From NCBI GenBank assembly GCA_000165425.1, contig CT868130.1, positions 124,001 to 188,000 on the forward strand: a DNA stretch of 64,000 bases. The letters are read 5' to 3'. Each line of letters opens with the position of its first letter. Within the stretch, counting starts at the first letter, position 1. The notes beneath the pieces were generated by a model. The model searched no databases. It worked only from the letters and a program-made list of their open reading frames with translations, and was not told the DNA's origin. The position numbers were made by a program, and so were the translations under genes. This document shows positions 50,311-63,231 of the stretch, piece after piece. The DNA is from Paramecium tetraurelia (Eukaryota).

Positions 50311-51449
50311 ATGGCAGAAAGAGGACATGCCTTAAAATAGGACATTAGCAAATTAGCATGGGAAGAAACCGATTTTCCGATTGTCTGCAATGTTTGTCTA
50401 GGTGAGAACCCTTATATTCGAATGGTAATTTAAAATCTTATTGTCAAATGAAGCTTAAAGATAGATTTGGAAGAGAGTGCAGAATCTGTGCAAGACCATT
50501 CACTACTTTTAAATGGAAGCCTGGACATAATTCAAGATAGAAATAGACTGAAATTTGTTAGACCTGTGGAAAAATCAAAAATATTTGTTAGGCCTGTTTC
50601 AAAGATTTAGAATTAAATATGGGATTGTGCACAAGAGACAAATTTTTGGGCGATGAAAAGATTGAAATACCTGAACACACAGCAAATAGAGATTACTGGG
50701 CTGAATAAGCAAATAGACAAATAGAGAGATTAATTTTACCATATGATAAACCTTTGCCGATGTTAGATTAAATCTTGAAAGAACCAAGATTAGCAGAAGT
50801 CAATTAGCAATTGAATGATGGAAAACTAGAACCAGCTAATCAAGTTGTTTGTGAACCTTTGCAAAATCCCATAGATGCTGATTTACTTTACAAGGAGAAG
50901 TTTGAACCTAAAGGACTTATTGCCCCTGATGACCCTAAAATATGCAGTCTCTATATTTCACATATGAGTGCAGAAATCAAAGAATCAGATCTAAAGTAAT
51001 TTGGAATTATAATCAATAGACACTTATTTTCAAAGTATGGAAAAGTAAATTCAATTAAAATTATGGAACATGGACAAAGTTGCTTTATTCAATTTGCTAA
51101 AAGAACAGATGCTGAAAATGCAGTTAATAGTCTTTATAATAATATTATTATAAAGGATGTTATATGTAAAATACAATGGGCTAGAGCTCCTTATAAAAAA
51201 ATGCCTATTCAAAGTATTAGATATTTTGATTACTAATTAGATCTCATTTAACAGTTGTAACCTGATACTAATAAAAATGCTAGTGCACCTCAAATGCCTC
51301 CTAAAAATATTGAAAATAAGCAACAATCTGAAGATAAGTATTAATACACCTCTTCAATTAGTATTTTGATTGGTTTACTGGAATCCCAAATGAGCTATCC
51401 TAATTAAAATCCATACTAGAAAGGAGGAGTAAATATTAAAGATTTATGA
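50311..51449 (+). CDS. RBM22: Pre-mRNA splicing factor RBM22/Slt11(Ecm2)-like
   Basis: [65 protein letters not shown] + RRM, C-terminal YPNQNP. Confidence 0.92.
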
Positions 51450-51458
51450 TTATTTTAT

Positions 51459-52319
51459 ATGAACATGTAATTTGAGTAACAAAGAGTAGCTTCTGTCGTA
51501 AAACGGAATTTACAAAAGTTTAAAATACTAGTAGGCAATAAAGAAAAGAAATTTAATGATCTCTTAATTCCATTCACAAAACTTGATACCTTCATAAATG
51601 CTAAATCTATACTCAGATAAATAGTAAAGCCATCTAATAAAATATTGGACCCCTTAAACCCTTGTGAAATTCAAAGGCAATAATAACACAAAAGCACATT
51701 TGTTAATGGAGATGGTAACTCTGATAACTTTTATGATGATGTTGATTAATTGATCAATCACTTAGAAAAAGAATAATCAGAAATGATAACAGTTGGAACA
51801 AAGAAAATAAGCAAAAGTGAAATACTCGAATTCAAATCAAAACATCCTAATTATTCATTAGTTAGTAAACAATTTGCTGAGAAATCCAAAAGAATGATAG
51901 CAAATTTAAACAGGTAATCCACGAGAATATTTAATAAGAAATACTCAATGATCCATCTCTCTCCTAGATAATCATCTAGTCATCACTATATTGCTTTAAA
52001 TTCTGAAAGAGATTCATCACATTCCAAATACACTCATTCTAAACACCCTTAAGGGTTAGAATTACGACCTTAAAAATCTCAATTTAAAATAAAAACTGAA
52101 CCCAAATCTCAAAGAAACTATAACTAGTAAATTCAATAACTAATTAATAATATAGAAGGAGTACATAAATAGATGACAGACGAAACGGGCTTACTATAAA
52201 AAAAGACCAGTAGGTTTATTTTAAATTAATCTAAAAGTAATTCTAAAATTTCCTAATTCGATTATCTTGCTTCTGATACAAATTTTGCATTTACAAAAGT
52301 AAAGAAAAGAAAAGCTTGA
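51459..52319 (+). CDS. Hypothetical basic/Ser-rich protein
   Basis: TGA-free ciliate-code frame MNMQFEQQRVASVVKRNLQK...KVKKRKA*. Confidence 0.6.
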
Positions 52320-52684
52320 TCAATATATATTTTATTTAAGTAAAAACTTAAAAATTCTTAGTCATATTATTGATATTATTTGAAAAATAAATGTCTAAAC
52401 TTAAAATTGAGTAATCTTTATTAAGTCATTTTAAATCTTAAAAGATAGAATAAAAATCAAAGAGAGTAATGGAAATAAAATTAATATAAGTTTTAGAATT
52501 GATAGAAAACTCAAAAATTAAAATTTGAGTTGAAAATATAAATAAAATTAACTAAGAATTATATATATTAGAATCACCTCAACTTTTGATTTAACATCTA
52601 ATGAAATTTGCTTAATTTTGAAGATTGATTAATCATAGCCCGTCAAATATATAAGTTTAATTATAAGGAAATATTATAATATTA

Positions 52685-53470
52685 TCATTCTCTTTTTATT
52701 TCAAACTCCTTTTATAAAAGACCATAATTGGCTTTATTTTATTCATATTAAACGTCTCCATCCTGCACCTTTTCTGTTTTGAAACTCTTTTTCTAGCTAT
52801 CAAACCTAAATATTCTCAATTAGACGCTAATTTTATTAATCAAAATTTTACCTTAATTTCTTTCCCATAAATTCCTTTCCATTCATAAAGGTCTAAAACT
52901 TTTAGGCATCCTCAACCTTTTTAAATAAAACAAATGCATATCCTTTGTTAAATTCCTAATTTTAATCCTTAGGAATTTATATTTTTTCTATTTCCCCAAA
53001 ATCAATCAACAAATCTAGAAGCTCCTCATTTTTCATTTATCTGGGTAAACCTGTAATATAAGCCTATTTATCGCTTCTTTTAATATCTAATTTGTTTTAT
53101 TCTTTTTTCAAACTAAATGGTTTCACAACGATTTATTATAAAACATCTTTAGTGTCAATATAATTTTCATGATGCTCCTTGATAAATTTCTGAGCAATTG
53201 ATTCTGATTCCATTTCAATAATCGCTTTACCAGTGGGATTATCAAATGAGTCTTTGATTAGCTGAACTATTATTTTTTTGTATATCTACTTCTTTTTATC
53301 AATTTATCTTGAGGATCAAAATATTCTTTTACTTATTTTTCATTCCAATCCTTTGGGAGGAAATAAGCGAATGCTACATTTTTTTGGGCATTATCTATTG
53401 ATTTTGTCAGTTGATTTGCAAAAACCTTTAATTTGGAAAAGTTGTAAAAGGATTTACACAATTAAAACAT
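52685..53470 (-). CDS. Two-RRM RNA-binding protein, possible mitochondrial presequence; 3' end uncertain
   Basis: RRM1 (AYFLPKDWNE...TGKAIIEM) and RRM2 (AYITGLP...NKGYAFVLF); N-terminus MFQLCKSFYNFSKLK. Confidence 0.8.
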
Positions 53471-53601
53471 AAAAAAAAAATTATTAATGTATTTAAAAAA
53501 CAGTAGCATATTAAAATAATAATAAGGAATCAGTGAATAAAATGTTAATAATACATTAGGTAATAAAACCCTTCAATTAAGATATTTAATTAATAAAAAC
53601 T

Positions 53602-56600
53602 ATGTTGTTCTTTATATTAATAAGTTTTCTTGTAACTCTAGCGAAAGCTTAGACAGGGACAATAAATCCGACTCAGCAAATCTAATACTCGGAGTATTCA
53701 ATGGCAGAATGGAACAATTCGTTGTATTTTACAATAGAATCAAAATTTGTTCCAGCTTCGATCCTGTACACTAACAAATCCTCAAGCACCAGCAATATAT
53801 ATTTAATTTTCTGCATTTAGAATACAAAAATATTAGACATTAGTACATAATATGTATTTTTGACATATTTGAAAATTGACAACACTCTAAAAACTTTGAC
53901 TCATTTTTTTGAAATTTAAACACAGACACAAAAATATACAGAAAAAATTACACTTCAGAACTTAAATTATGAAGGATTCTGGTATAGTTTAGAAATAAGA
54001 AATGACGTAAAGCAGCAGTAATTAAATATCACGTTTTATTAAAACCTTAATAAAAATATATTGTTCCAAAAAATTTTAAAAAATGAGTATTTTCCAATTC
54101 AAGATTACTTTTCATTTTACCTCGGTGAGTCAAAAATTGTATTTATTATTCAATTATAAAATTTAGTCACGGTATCTTGGGTACAATTAGTTACAAGGAC
54201 CAATTAAGTATCAAATCCTTTCATCAACTTCAAAATTCACACCCTAGACTCAGACTTCATGTAGTTCCACATCTGGTTTGGCCTTGAGAGGGACGTTCAA
54301 CTATTCCTCTACTAATTTCTATGATTATACAATCAAAGATATAATATCAAAATCATACGGATTGACTACATGGTTAAAAATGGAAAAGAATAGCAATTTA
54401 GCAACTAACTACGTCAATGTGTTGCATATATAATAGAATTTAATATACAACTACTTAGCCTAAATAGGTGGAAGATTAGCCTAAGTATCATACTCCATTA
54501 CATCCACTAAATAAATAGTTGAAATAATTTACACCACTTTTACCTTTCCAACCATTCCTTCTCTTGTAAACAATGCAGACCCCACTGAGAAAATTGTTAG
54601 TTATGAAATACCAATTTAGTATTCCCTTTATAATTGGCATTACTTTTCGTATTCTTTTAAGAGTAATTCAATCTATTTGAATATAAATTTTGTGCTGCAA
54701 AATTATTAATTCTCAAAAACTTTGACTAGCATTAACTAATTTTCAGACTTAAACCTAGTCATTAATTTGGGTGGAACCTAATACAACAAGAGCACTAATT
54801 AAGGATAATTTAATTTACCATACTTTTACACTTGTCTAACGACTTATACTCCAAAGTGCTATCTAACATGTGCAACTTGTTTTGGGCCTAATAAAAATGA
54901 GTGTCTTACTTGTTCTACTACGTCTAATCGATAATTAACAAAAGATAATATATGTATTTGTAAATCTGGTTATTTGGATACCAACCTTACAACATGTTAT
55001 AGCTATGCAGGAACACCAAATACAGAAGAATTGATACCACTTTCCAAAAGGCAAGGGTATGATTAAGAGGAACCAAATGTAGTATGCTCTTATGGATACT
55101 TCCTTCATGATAATCAATGTTTTGAATGGTAATTGAAACATATTAAGCTAGTCCCAAACTTAACCGTTAGTATTTTTGTCCTGAATGCATCTAATATCCA
55201 AATACTTGGGTCTTAACTCCAATATGCACAAAAAAATATTCATAATTTAATTAGAATGAGAATAACACATTTGTTTAAGATATTACAACCAGTGCTTAGA
55301 TTATACTATTAGAATTAGATCCATATAATGTCTACTTATTTAATGATAATCAACTAACCTTTTGCACTTTTTGTAGTTCATTATGCTTAACTCCTCCATA
55401 TAATTCACAATGTCTTGAAAGTGCATACTATCACTTAAACTAACCTGTGATGGTAATTTGCATTTATAAAGCAATTTTGGTGAATGGAGAATGTAAGTTC
55501 TGTGACAATGATTGCGCAAAATGTATTCTAATTAATAATGAACCTTAATGTGCTTTTATCTCTGAATATAACTATGTAAACAAGGCTTGTGTAAAAAGTT
55601 CCCTAGTTTCATGCATAGGCTGTCAAGATAATAGCCTTTATTTTTTTAACTTTGAATAAAATGATTGCTACTTATGTTCGATAGCTAATTGCAAGTACTG
55701 CTTCTAATATTTAAAATCCAATCCTACTTATAATTCAGTATTCAAATATTCAAATATCACATATGATCAAGAGGATCTAGAAGTTGGATGTGCTCTCTGC
55801 TATAATGGATTTATCTTTAATTTTTATACTGGGCAGTGTGAATAAAATTAAAATTTGTTGAGCACTTCTTGTTCCTTATATTACATAACATCTTCATAGA
55901 CTTCTGTATGTATTACTGATAATGACTTTTCCAAAGGAGTATAAATTAGTGATTGTACCAATTACTTATAGAATTGTATTAACTGTCTTAAAATAACAAA
56001 CAGTTAATATTACTGCGTGGCTTGTTAACCTGGATATTATTTATAAAGAACTTATGGCACTTGTTTGTCCTGTGTGGATTTAAATCCTACTTACAGTGAA
56101 TGTTTTTCTTCTTAATTAAATAATTAGAATTTTAAATATGAGATGACGCCATTACTATATAGTCTAAGTAAATAATATCCTGGTTCTTAAAAAACTGAAT
56201 CTATAACTGTTTCAGTAAGTAAATGTGCGCCAGGTTATCAATAAATAACTTCTCAAAATTGTAATTTAGTAGATCCTTTGCATTGCAGTACCTACTTTTT
56301 AGGATGTAGAACTTGCGAAAACACATTGGAAGGAACAAAACGTTTATCAATAATTGATTTAAAATGCTCAGATTGTCCTTATTATTGCGAATATTGCAAA
56401 CCAAGAAACTAATTAGAATTACAGTAATTGAATCCCTACTTGAACTTAACTTAAATTTAAAATTGGCTAACTTATAGATGCATCTTAAAATCAACAACTT
56501 AAAATTTTGTATTCCTTGATAATGAAAAATAATTAGCAAGATAGTGCTCCTAAGATATTCCAAAATGCTAATTAAAAATAAAATATGTAAATTATTTTAC

Positions 56601-59600
56601 TTAATAAAACTTAGAATTTTTCAGCCTACAGCACTTTTTAAAGTTTGCTTAAATCTGGTATTAATAACAACCTATTTTTATTTTATAATCTCAAAAGCCC
56701 AACCTATATTGATTTTAATATTAACATGAGTGCGACTTATTCAGATTATAATTCCTTTTTAAGTTAAAATAAGTTATATAACTCATTTATTTAATAAATA
56801 GCAAGTCTTAAATATGCTAAGTTAACTTATTACTCTTAAAATGTATAGATTGCTTTTATTTTTGCAAAATACAAATTCATAAATTTTTAAGAGATCTTAT
56901 TCAATTAAACATCTATTTTATTCAGTCGAACATAATAATCTGTTTTAGAAATAGAATCATTATTGCATGTGAAATTGACTTTTGAAAATGTAATCATTTC
57001 AGATACTGCATAATATCCTACTAACTTATAAATTATATATGATGATACAACTCCCCAAAGATCCTATTAAATAGCAGTGTAAAATCCTGATAAAGTTAAT
57101 TTTACCAATGTTATCATTTAGAATATAACATTGTTTAATGTGCTATTTTTCAACTTGACATCAGTTGTTGATAAAATAACAAGTCTAGACCTTTTGAATT
57201 TCAAAAATGTAACTTTTTTCAATTGTTCATTTACATCTACTAATCTAATAAGCTTGACTGATCGAAATAACTATAATAAGATTTAATTTATTAGCCTGAG
57301 ATTTATTGATTGCTTTTTCTAAAACAGCTCATTTTTAAGTAGCATGGGCTTATCATTAAGTGCAAGTATTCTCTTCCAAGATTTCGTTTTCTAAAATTGT
57401 ACTATGAAAAACTCTATTTTTGTTTTGGCCCCATAAAGTCAAACTATTTTCATAAGGGATTTTTAAATTAAAAATTGTTCGTTTTATGATACCGATTTTA
57501 TTCGATTGACATCGTCATCAACAATTATAAACCTTTCACTCAAACAAAGTTTTATGAAAAATTTCATTCTTATTCACAAAATGAAATCCGCATAATCAAT
57601 TATTTCTAGTACTAAGGAAGATTATAACTTTGAAAAAATCGTTATTTATGATTCTTAATATTAATAAACTCTCTTTGTAGAAATCCCTTAATATGGTTTA
57701 GAAGACATAAGCGTTTCATTACTTGATATTTAATTATATGAATTGGAATCACTAGATAATCCAGGAGAGAGAGATTACTATTTATTTTTGATATAAACAT
57801 CATTTTTTAAAGCAAATGAAATATCATTAATAAGATCCCCTGGATGCCGAGAATTTTCAATTCGAAATGCTTAGAGCGTAATGATTACTAATGTTAATGC
57901 AACCTCCTCTCTTAAACAATAAACTTTTAACTTTGATAAATTAAAAGAAGAGTCGCTTAATTAAATCTTATACATAGAAGCATAAATTATAGAATTGAGA
58001 GACATTTTAATCTTAAATCAATTATGTGTGGATAGTAAGATTATTGAGGTAAATTTGGTTGAGATGATAAAGATGAAATAGGGATATGTCAACTTAGATA
58101 ATTTATTATTTTCAGGCATCCAACTAATTAAAACTATATTCTCAGAATTTACAACTGTATTATTTATTTCTGGCAATGTTTAAAACAACATAACAGTTTC
58201 GAATTCTTAATTTTAAGAAATATTTTTAAATGAATTAGTGCAGGATACTAAGATCTCTTCAGCGGCCTTGGCTGTTATATAGTCAGAATAAAGTTATGTA
58301 AGACTTTTTGATAATGTAATTAATGATGTAATTGTGCTAAACTCTAGTAATTCTATTCTCTTGATATAAATTTTGTCATTAGAAATTGTTAATCTAACAA
58401 GCACAAATGTAAATAATGTTGATTACTTCCTTGAAAAATATCAAAAGGAATAATTAATATTAATGGAATTGAATTCTCCTTTAGTTAATTCGCAAGGTGG
58501 ATTAATAAATTTGTAGATTTAGTATTTGTTCATGTTGGATTCTTATTTTATTAACACAACCGGATTGTTGGGAGGTGTATTAAGTATTACTACAAAATAA
58601 CATGGATAGCTAAATATATCGAACTGTTATTTCATTAATCAATCGACAAGTATTGGTAATGCTTAGGATGGAAAAGGAGGCAGTATTTTTATTAATTCAG
58701 AAAACTCATATCTAAATCTTCATATCAGCGACACAAGCTTTATAAATTCAAAAAGTGGTTTTGTTGGAGGGGTAATTTATTTCAAACCTTCGTTATATTA
58801 AGTGCAAATATCTCTTAAAAACTTATATTTAAATAATGTATTTGCAATTTAGTCTTCTGTATTTTCGTTTTAGATGAGTTAACTCAACTCTAGATCAATT
58901 TCGTATATTTCAATGAAAAATATCAGAGTTGAAAATCACTTTGAAGAGTTTTTATAATATTTATCATAATTTAACTTAGATATTAATGCTTACTAAATTA
59001 ATTAGGATTCAGCTGTATTTTCCTTAAAAGACTCGTAAAAATTATAAATTATTTAATAGCTAAGTTCTAGTAGAGAACTTTTAATATGATGGATTTGCAT
59101 TTCAGCCAATATTTAATTTCAAATTTGCTAAGAGAATGTTAATTAACAATTTGAATATTCAAAATATAACTCATTTATCTTCAGCATTAGTTTATTTTGA
59201 AAATGAATAAAGTATTCTAATATATATGTTAAGGCTTGAAATCCATAATTTAAATACAAAGTCTTCAAATTAGTGATTGTTCCGAATATTAAAATTAACA
59301 AAGGTAATATCCAAACTATGCCCTCCAAATTGCTAATCTAAACAATTATTTTTAATCATTGATTCAAGGAGATAAATTGAAATCACTTATACAAATGAAT
59401 TTTTAAGAAAATATCTCTTCTGTCCATGTTAAATTGCTCAATTTAAATAATAATAATTGCACTTTTTGTAATAGCGGTGTATTCTATTTAAATAATCAAT
59501 AAAGCAATATTAAATTAAAATTACAAGAATTAGTTTTTCTATCTAATATTTGTGGTTTTGATACTTGTTTTTTGATGAAATCTTAGGGTACTTAAAAATA

Positions 59601-62188
59601 TCATAGACTTACAAAATCTAAATTTATTAATAATAAAGCTTACATTGGAGGAGCAATTAGATCAGATAATTTTGGTTTTCTTATTAAATAATGCTTTTTC
59701 ATTTTGAATTAAGCAAAAACCAAAGGAGGTGCAATCTATTATTAAAATAGTAATTAAAATCTTAAACTAATTGAAACATAATTTTATTCAAATTAAGCTC
59801 AGATTGGTGGAGCCATTTACGATTTGAATATTTATGATAATAATTCTGATACTGTTCATTTTATAGAAAATAAGGCCTCACTATATGCCAATAATGTAGC
59901 AACCTAAGCTAGTATCTTGTAATTACTAATTAATGATATTCCTCAGCATAGATAGAATTATTAACATGATAACGTAACTATTGAGGAGGTGTTATACTAT
60001 AATAAATCAAAATTAGCAAAATTTTTATATTTTCCAAGTGGAACTGATTTAGATAGCTTTCAAAAATTTAATATGAATACTACCTCATTTTCCAAATATC
60101 CGTTGGATATAGCAATAAAGACCCTTAATTTTTAGAATGAATAAATGATTGAATAACACAACACTAGATGCAACTTTAGCACCCAGCATGTTAAATAAGT
60201 AGGAAATGATGAATAAGTATTTAATGACACAACCAAAACATCACTTTATTATGATGACACTAACTCCTTATATAATTTAAATTACCTTATATTTACATTT
60301 GATCCTTACTTGGAGAGTAATAATTACCTTAGAACTGATGTCCAATGTGATAGTGTTAAAACAAATAATTACTTCTTAAGGTTTTATAGCAAATCTTTTA
60401 AATGCCAAATTGGAGAATATTACTAAGATAACAAATGCCTCAAATGTGATAGTGATTAAGGCTATTATTCTGTAGAATACAAGGCAACCTCATGCTAACG
60501 AATAAACATTTAAATGATAAAAAGCACAACAGGAGCACTAATTGAATTATAAAGTGGATATTGGAGACCGAATTTAAGATCTAATTAAATTGAATAGTGT
60601 AAAATCTATCCTAGTAGATGCCTTGGTGGCTGGCAGGTCTCTGATCAATCTTGTGAAGTTGGAGCACTAGGAGCATTATGCGAATAATGTGATATTTATA
60701 ATATAAGAGGACAAGGTTCTTTCTTGAATAACAAAGCTTAGAATTGCTAAATATGTGGTGAGTTCAGCTATTAATTTGCTTTTATGATTATTGAAACTAT
60801 ATGGATTGTGCTGCTGATTGGGTTGACTATAAAAAGTAATCATTTTTCTAATAGATAACTGTTTAAATTAAAATGCCTTTATAGACATTTTGGAACCATT
60901 CACAAATAGATGATTGATTAAACCAGTACTTTAATTAAATTGGCTAATAACATCTTTTAGATTTTATCATTGATTAGCACATTCTAAATTTCTATATTTT
61001 CCAATTTATCTAATACCATTTTATTTTTAGGTGATTCCACATATATGGTGACATATCAACTCGATTGTTCAATACCATATATTACTCACATTAATTATGA
61101 ATACGCCCATTATATTTTAATGTTGTTATTGCCTATCTTGCATTTTGCACTAGGATGCTTTATATTTTTTATATTTTTGATTAGGAAATAAGTGACTTTT
61201 TCAAAATCATACATTTTCTCTTCAATCATTTATTTATATTGTTTGAATTAGCAAAATATTATTAAATGGTATTATACTAATTTATTTTAGGGGTGTCTCA
61301 TTGATAACAAAAAGATCGCTCTCAGGAATTGATTGGATTCAAGCTAATGTAGAACATAGATATGATACATAAGTTCACCAAGAATGGTCTATTAGATTTA
61401 TATATCCCATTTTAATATTATATGGTATCCTAATTCCTTTATTTTTGTTTCTGCAATTAAACAAAGTGAAAGATAGCCTTGATGATAAGAATGCAAGAAC
61501 AAAATATTCTTTTTTATATAACGAATATACAGCCGAATCCTATTATTGGGAAATCATTAAAATGCTTTATAAGTTATCAATCATCCTTATTGTTAACTAC
61601 TATGAATAATTTATATTAGTCAAAGGAATCATAATATTTTTGATCATCTTGATTTACTACAAGCTTTGCTAATAACTTTAGCCATATAAATTATAATCCA
61701 TTAGTACCATTGATGTTAAAACATCATTTTTATTATCTGTAACAATTATATGTTGTCTCTTGCTTTATGCGGTCTAATAAGAGAACATCATGTACCTCAA
61801 TTATTTGATTCAAATGATTATAATTTTCCTAATTTTGGCATTAGCAGAAGCCCTATTGCATAGAATTTTCATTGCATACATAGCAAAATTAAACTTGTAA
61901 TTGGACTTTATAAGAAAAATCATTCTTAGAAGATTCCCATCTATAGCTAAAGAAATGAAATGCCTTAAACCGTATCTTTTATTAAGAAAGGAGCAAGAAG
62001 AAAGAATTCAAACTAGATTTAGGAAGATTAAACAATATTTAAAAACTCAATCGAAAGTTATCAATAGCAGACAAGTTTAATTGAGCATCAAGGAATCTAG
62101 CTTTATCGCTTCAAATCCTTTGTCACAAAATACAACTAGGCCTTTCATATCTACAGAAAGGAACTAAAACGCTAAAATGTTAGAGTGA
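53602..62188 (+). CDS. Giant (~2800 aa) surface membrane protein: Cys-rich repeats, right-handed beta-helix (pectin-lyase/Pmp-like) region, multi-pass C-terminal domain
   Basis: Signal peptide MLFFILISFLVTLAKA; CxxC repeats at ~54830-56420; FxNCxF and FxxNxAxxGGAI repeats at ~57100-59900; GYWRP...CLGGW...GALCEQCD linker; 7 or more hydrophobic segments at 60770-61870 including FLYNEY...YYWEIIK. Confidence 0.88.
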
Positions 62189-62307
62189 ATGATCAATAAA
62201 ATCATTAATAGCAATCTAGTTATTCTATAGCATTTACATTTAAGTTTAATTTTACTAAATTAAATTATAATTAAATAAATTAATAAATGAATCAGTCATC
62301 CATTATC

Positions 62308-63231
62308 TCAATTAGCTTTTTATCTTATTGAACATCTCTTTGTAATTCTAGATCTATGGATGGACATCTAACAATCTGAAGCGATTTAATCCAACTTAAA
62401 ATAGTGTTAGAAATTTGTTTCTATTTACTCAACACTTAGGAATTGTCTTTCACATTTAAATGAGAAATAAATCACTTATTCTTTAATTGATGTACTTTTA
62501 TTTTATTCTGTAAATATTTTAATATCAACATTAGAAATAAATTCTTTTCCTTAATAATTTTTGATATTTGTGGCAAATCTAGACTCACCAATTATCTAAT
62601 ATATTTTGTTTAGATCCCAACATTTAGGTAACAAATTGTGATTAAATATATAATCATCGATTATTTCTTGATTAATTCCCATCATTCTAAGAAAATCATA
62701 GTTCCATTTTTTCTATATTTTGATTAGTTTGTTATTGTGAAACTACAAAGTGATACATTCATAAGGTAGATTTAATGAGTCTTCATATCTTTTTCTTTCA
62801 TTTTACTACTAAGCTAATACTGGTAAACTATTGTATAATTGTAATAATTCATATTAATAAAAACTATTGTTTTTTTTAAGTTCATTTTCCTCTTCACAAG
62901 AGTTTGTTGATGACAATTTGCACTCAACAAACTCTGGAGTAATTTTCCTTTCCAAAATTTTATTATTTATCGTAAATTCATCAATTTGTAATCTTCCCAA
63001 AGGAATTAGAATGTTTTGAATTGAACCACAGGATTGATCTAAATATTTGTTATGAGTGATTTCATAGGTCTATTATCTCAGTTTTCTATTATTTTGATAA
63101 GCTAAAATAATAGATTGCTCAGACTTTTTCTTCGTTTAGAGAGTTTACTTTTGTTATTTTTTTATTGTTCTGTTATGTATTTTTTCAAGGCCAGCCTCTT
63201 ACTTAAGCTAGCATTTAGGAGTGGAATGCAT
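62308..63231 (-). CDS. Hypothetical protein
   Basis: Long TGA-poor frames (WNYDFLRMMGINQEIIDDYIFNHNLLPKCWD); start and splicing uncertain. Confidence 0.5.
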
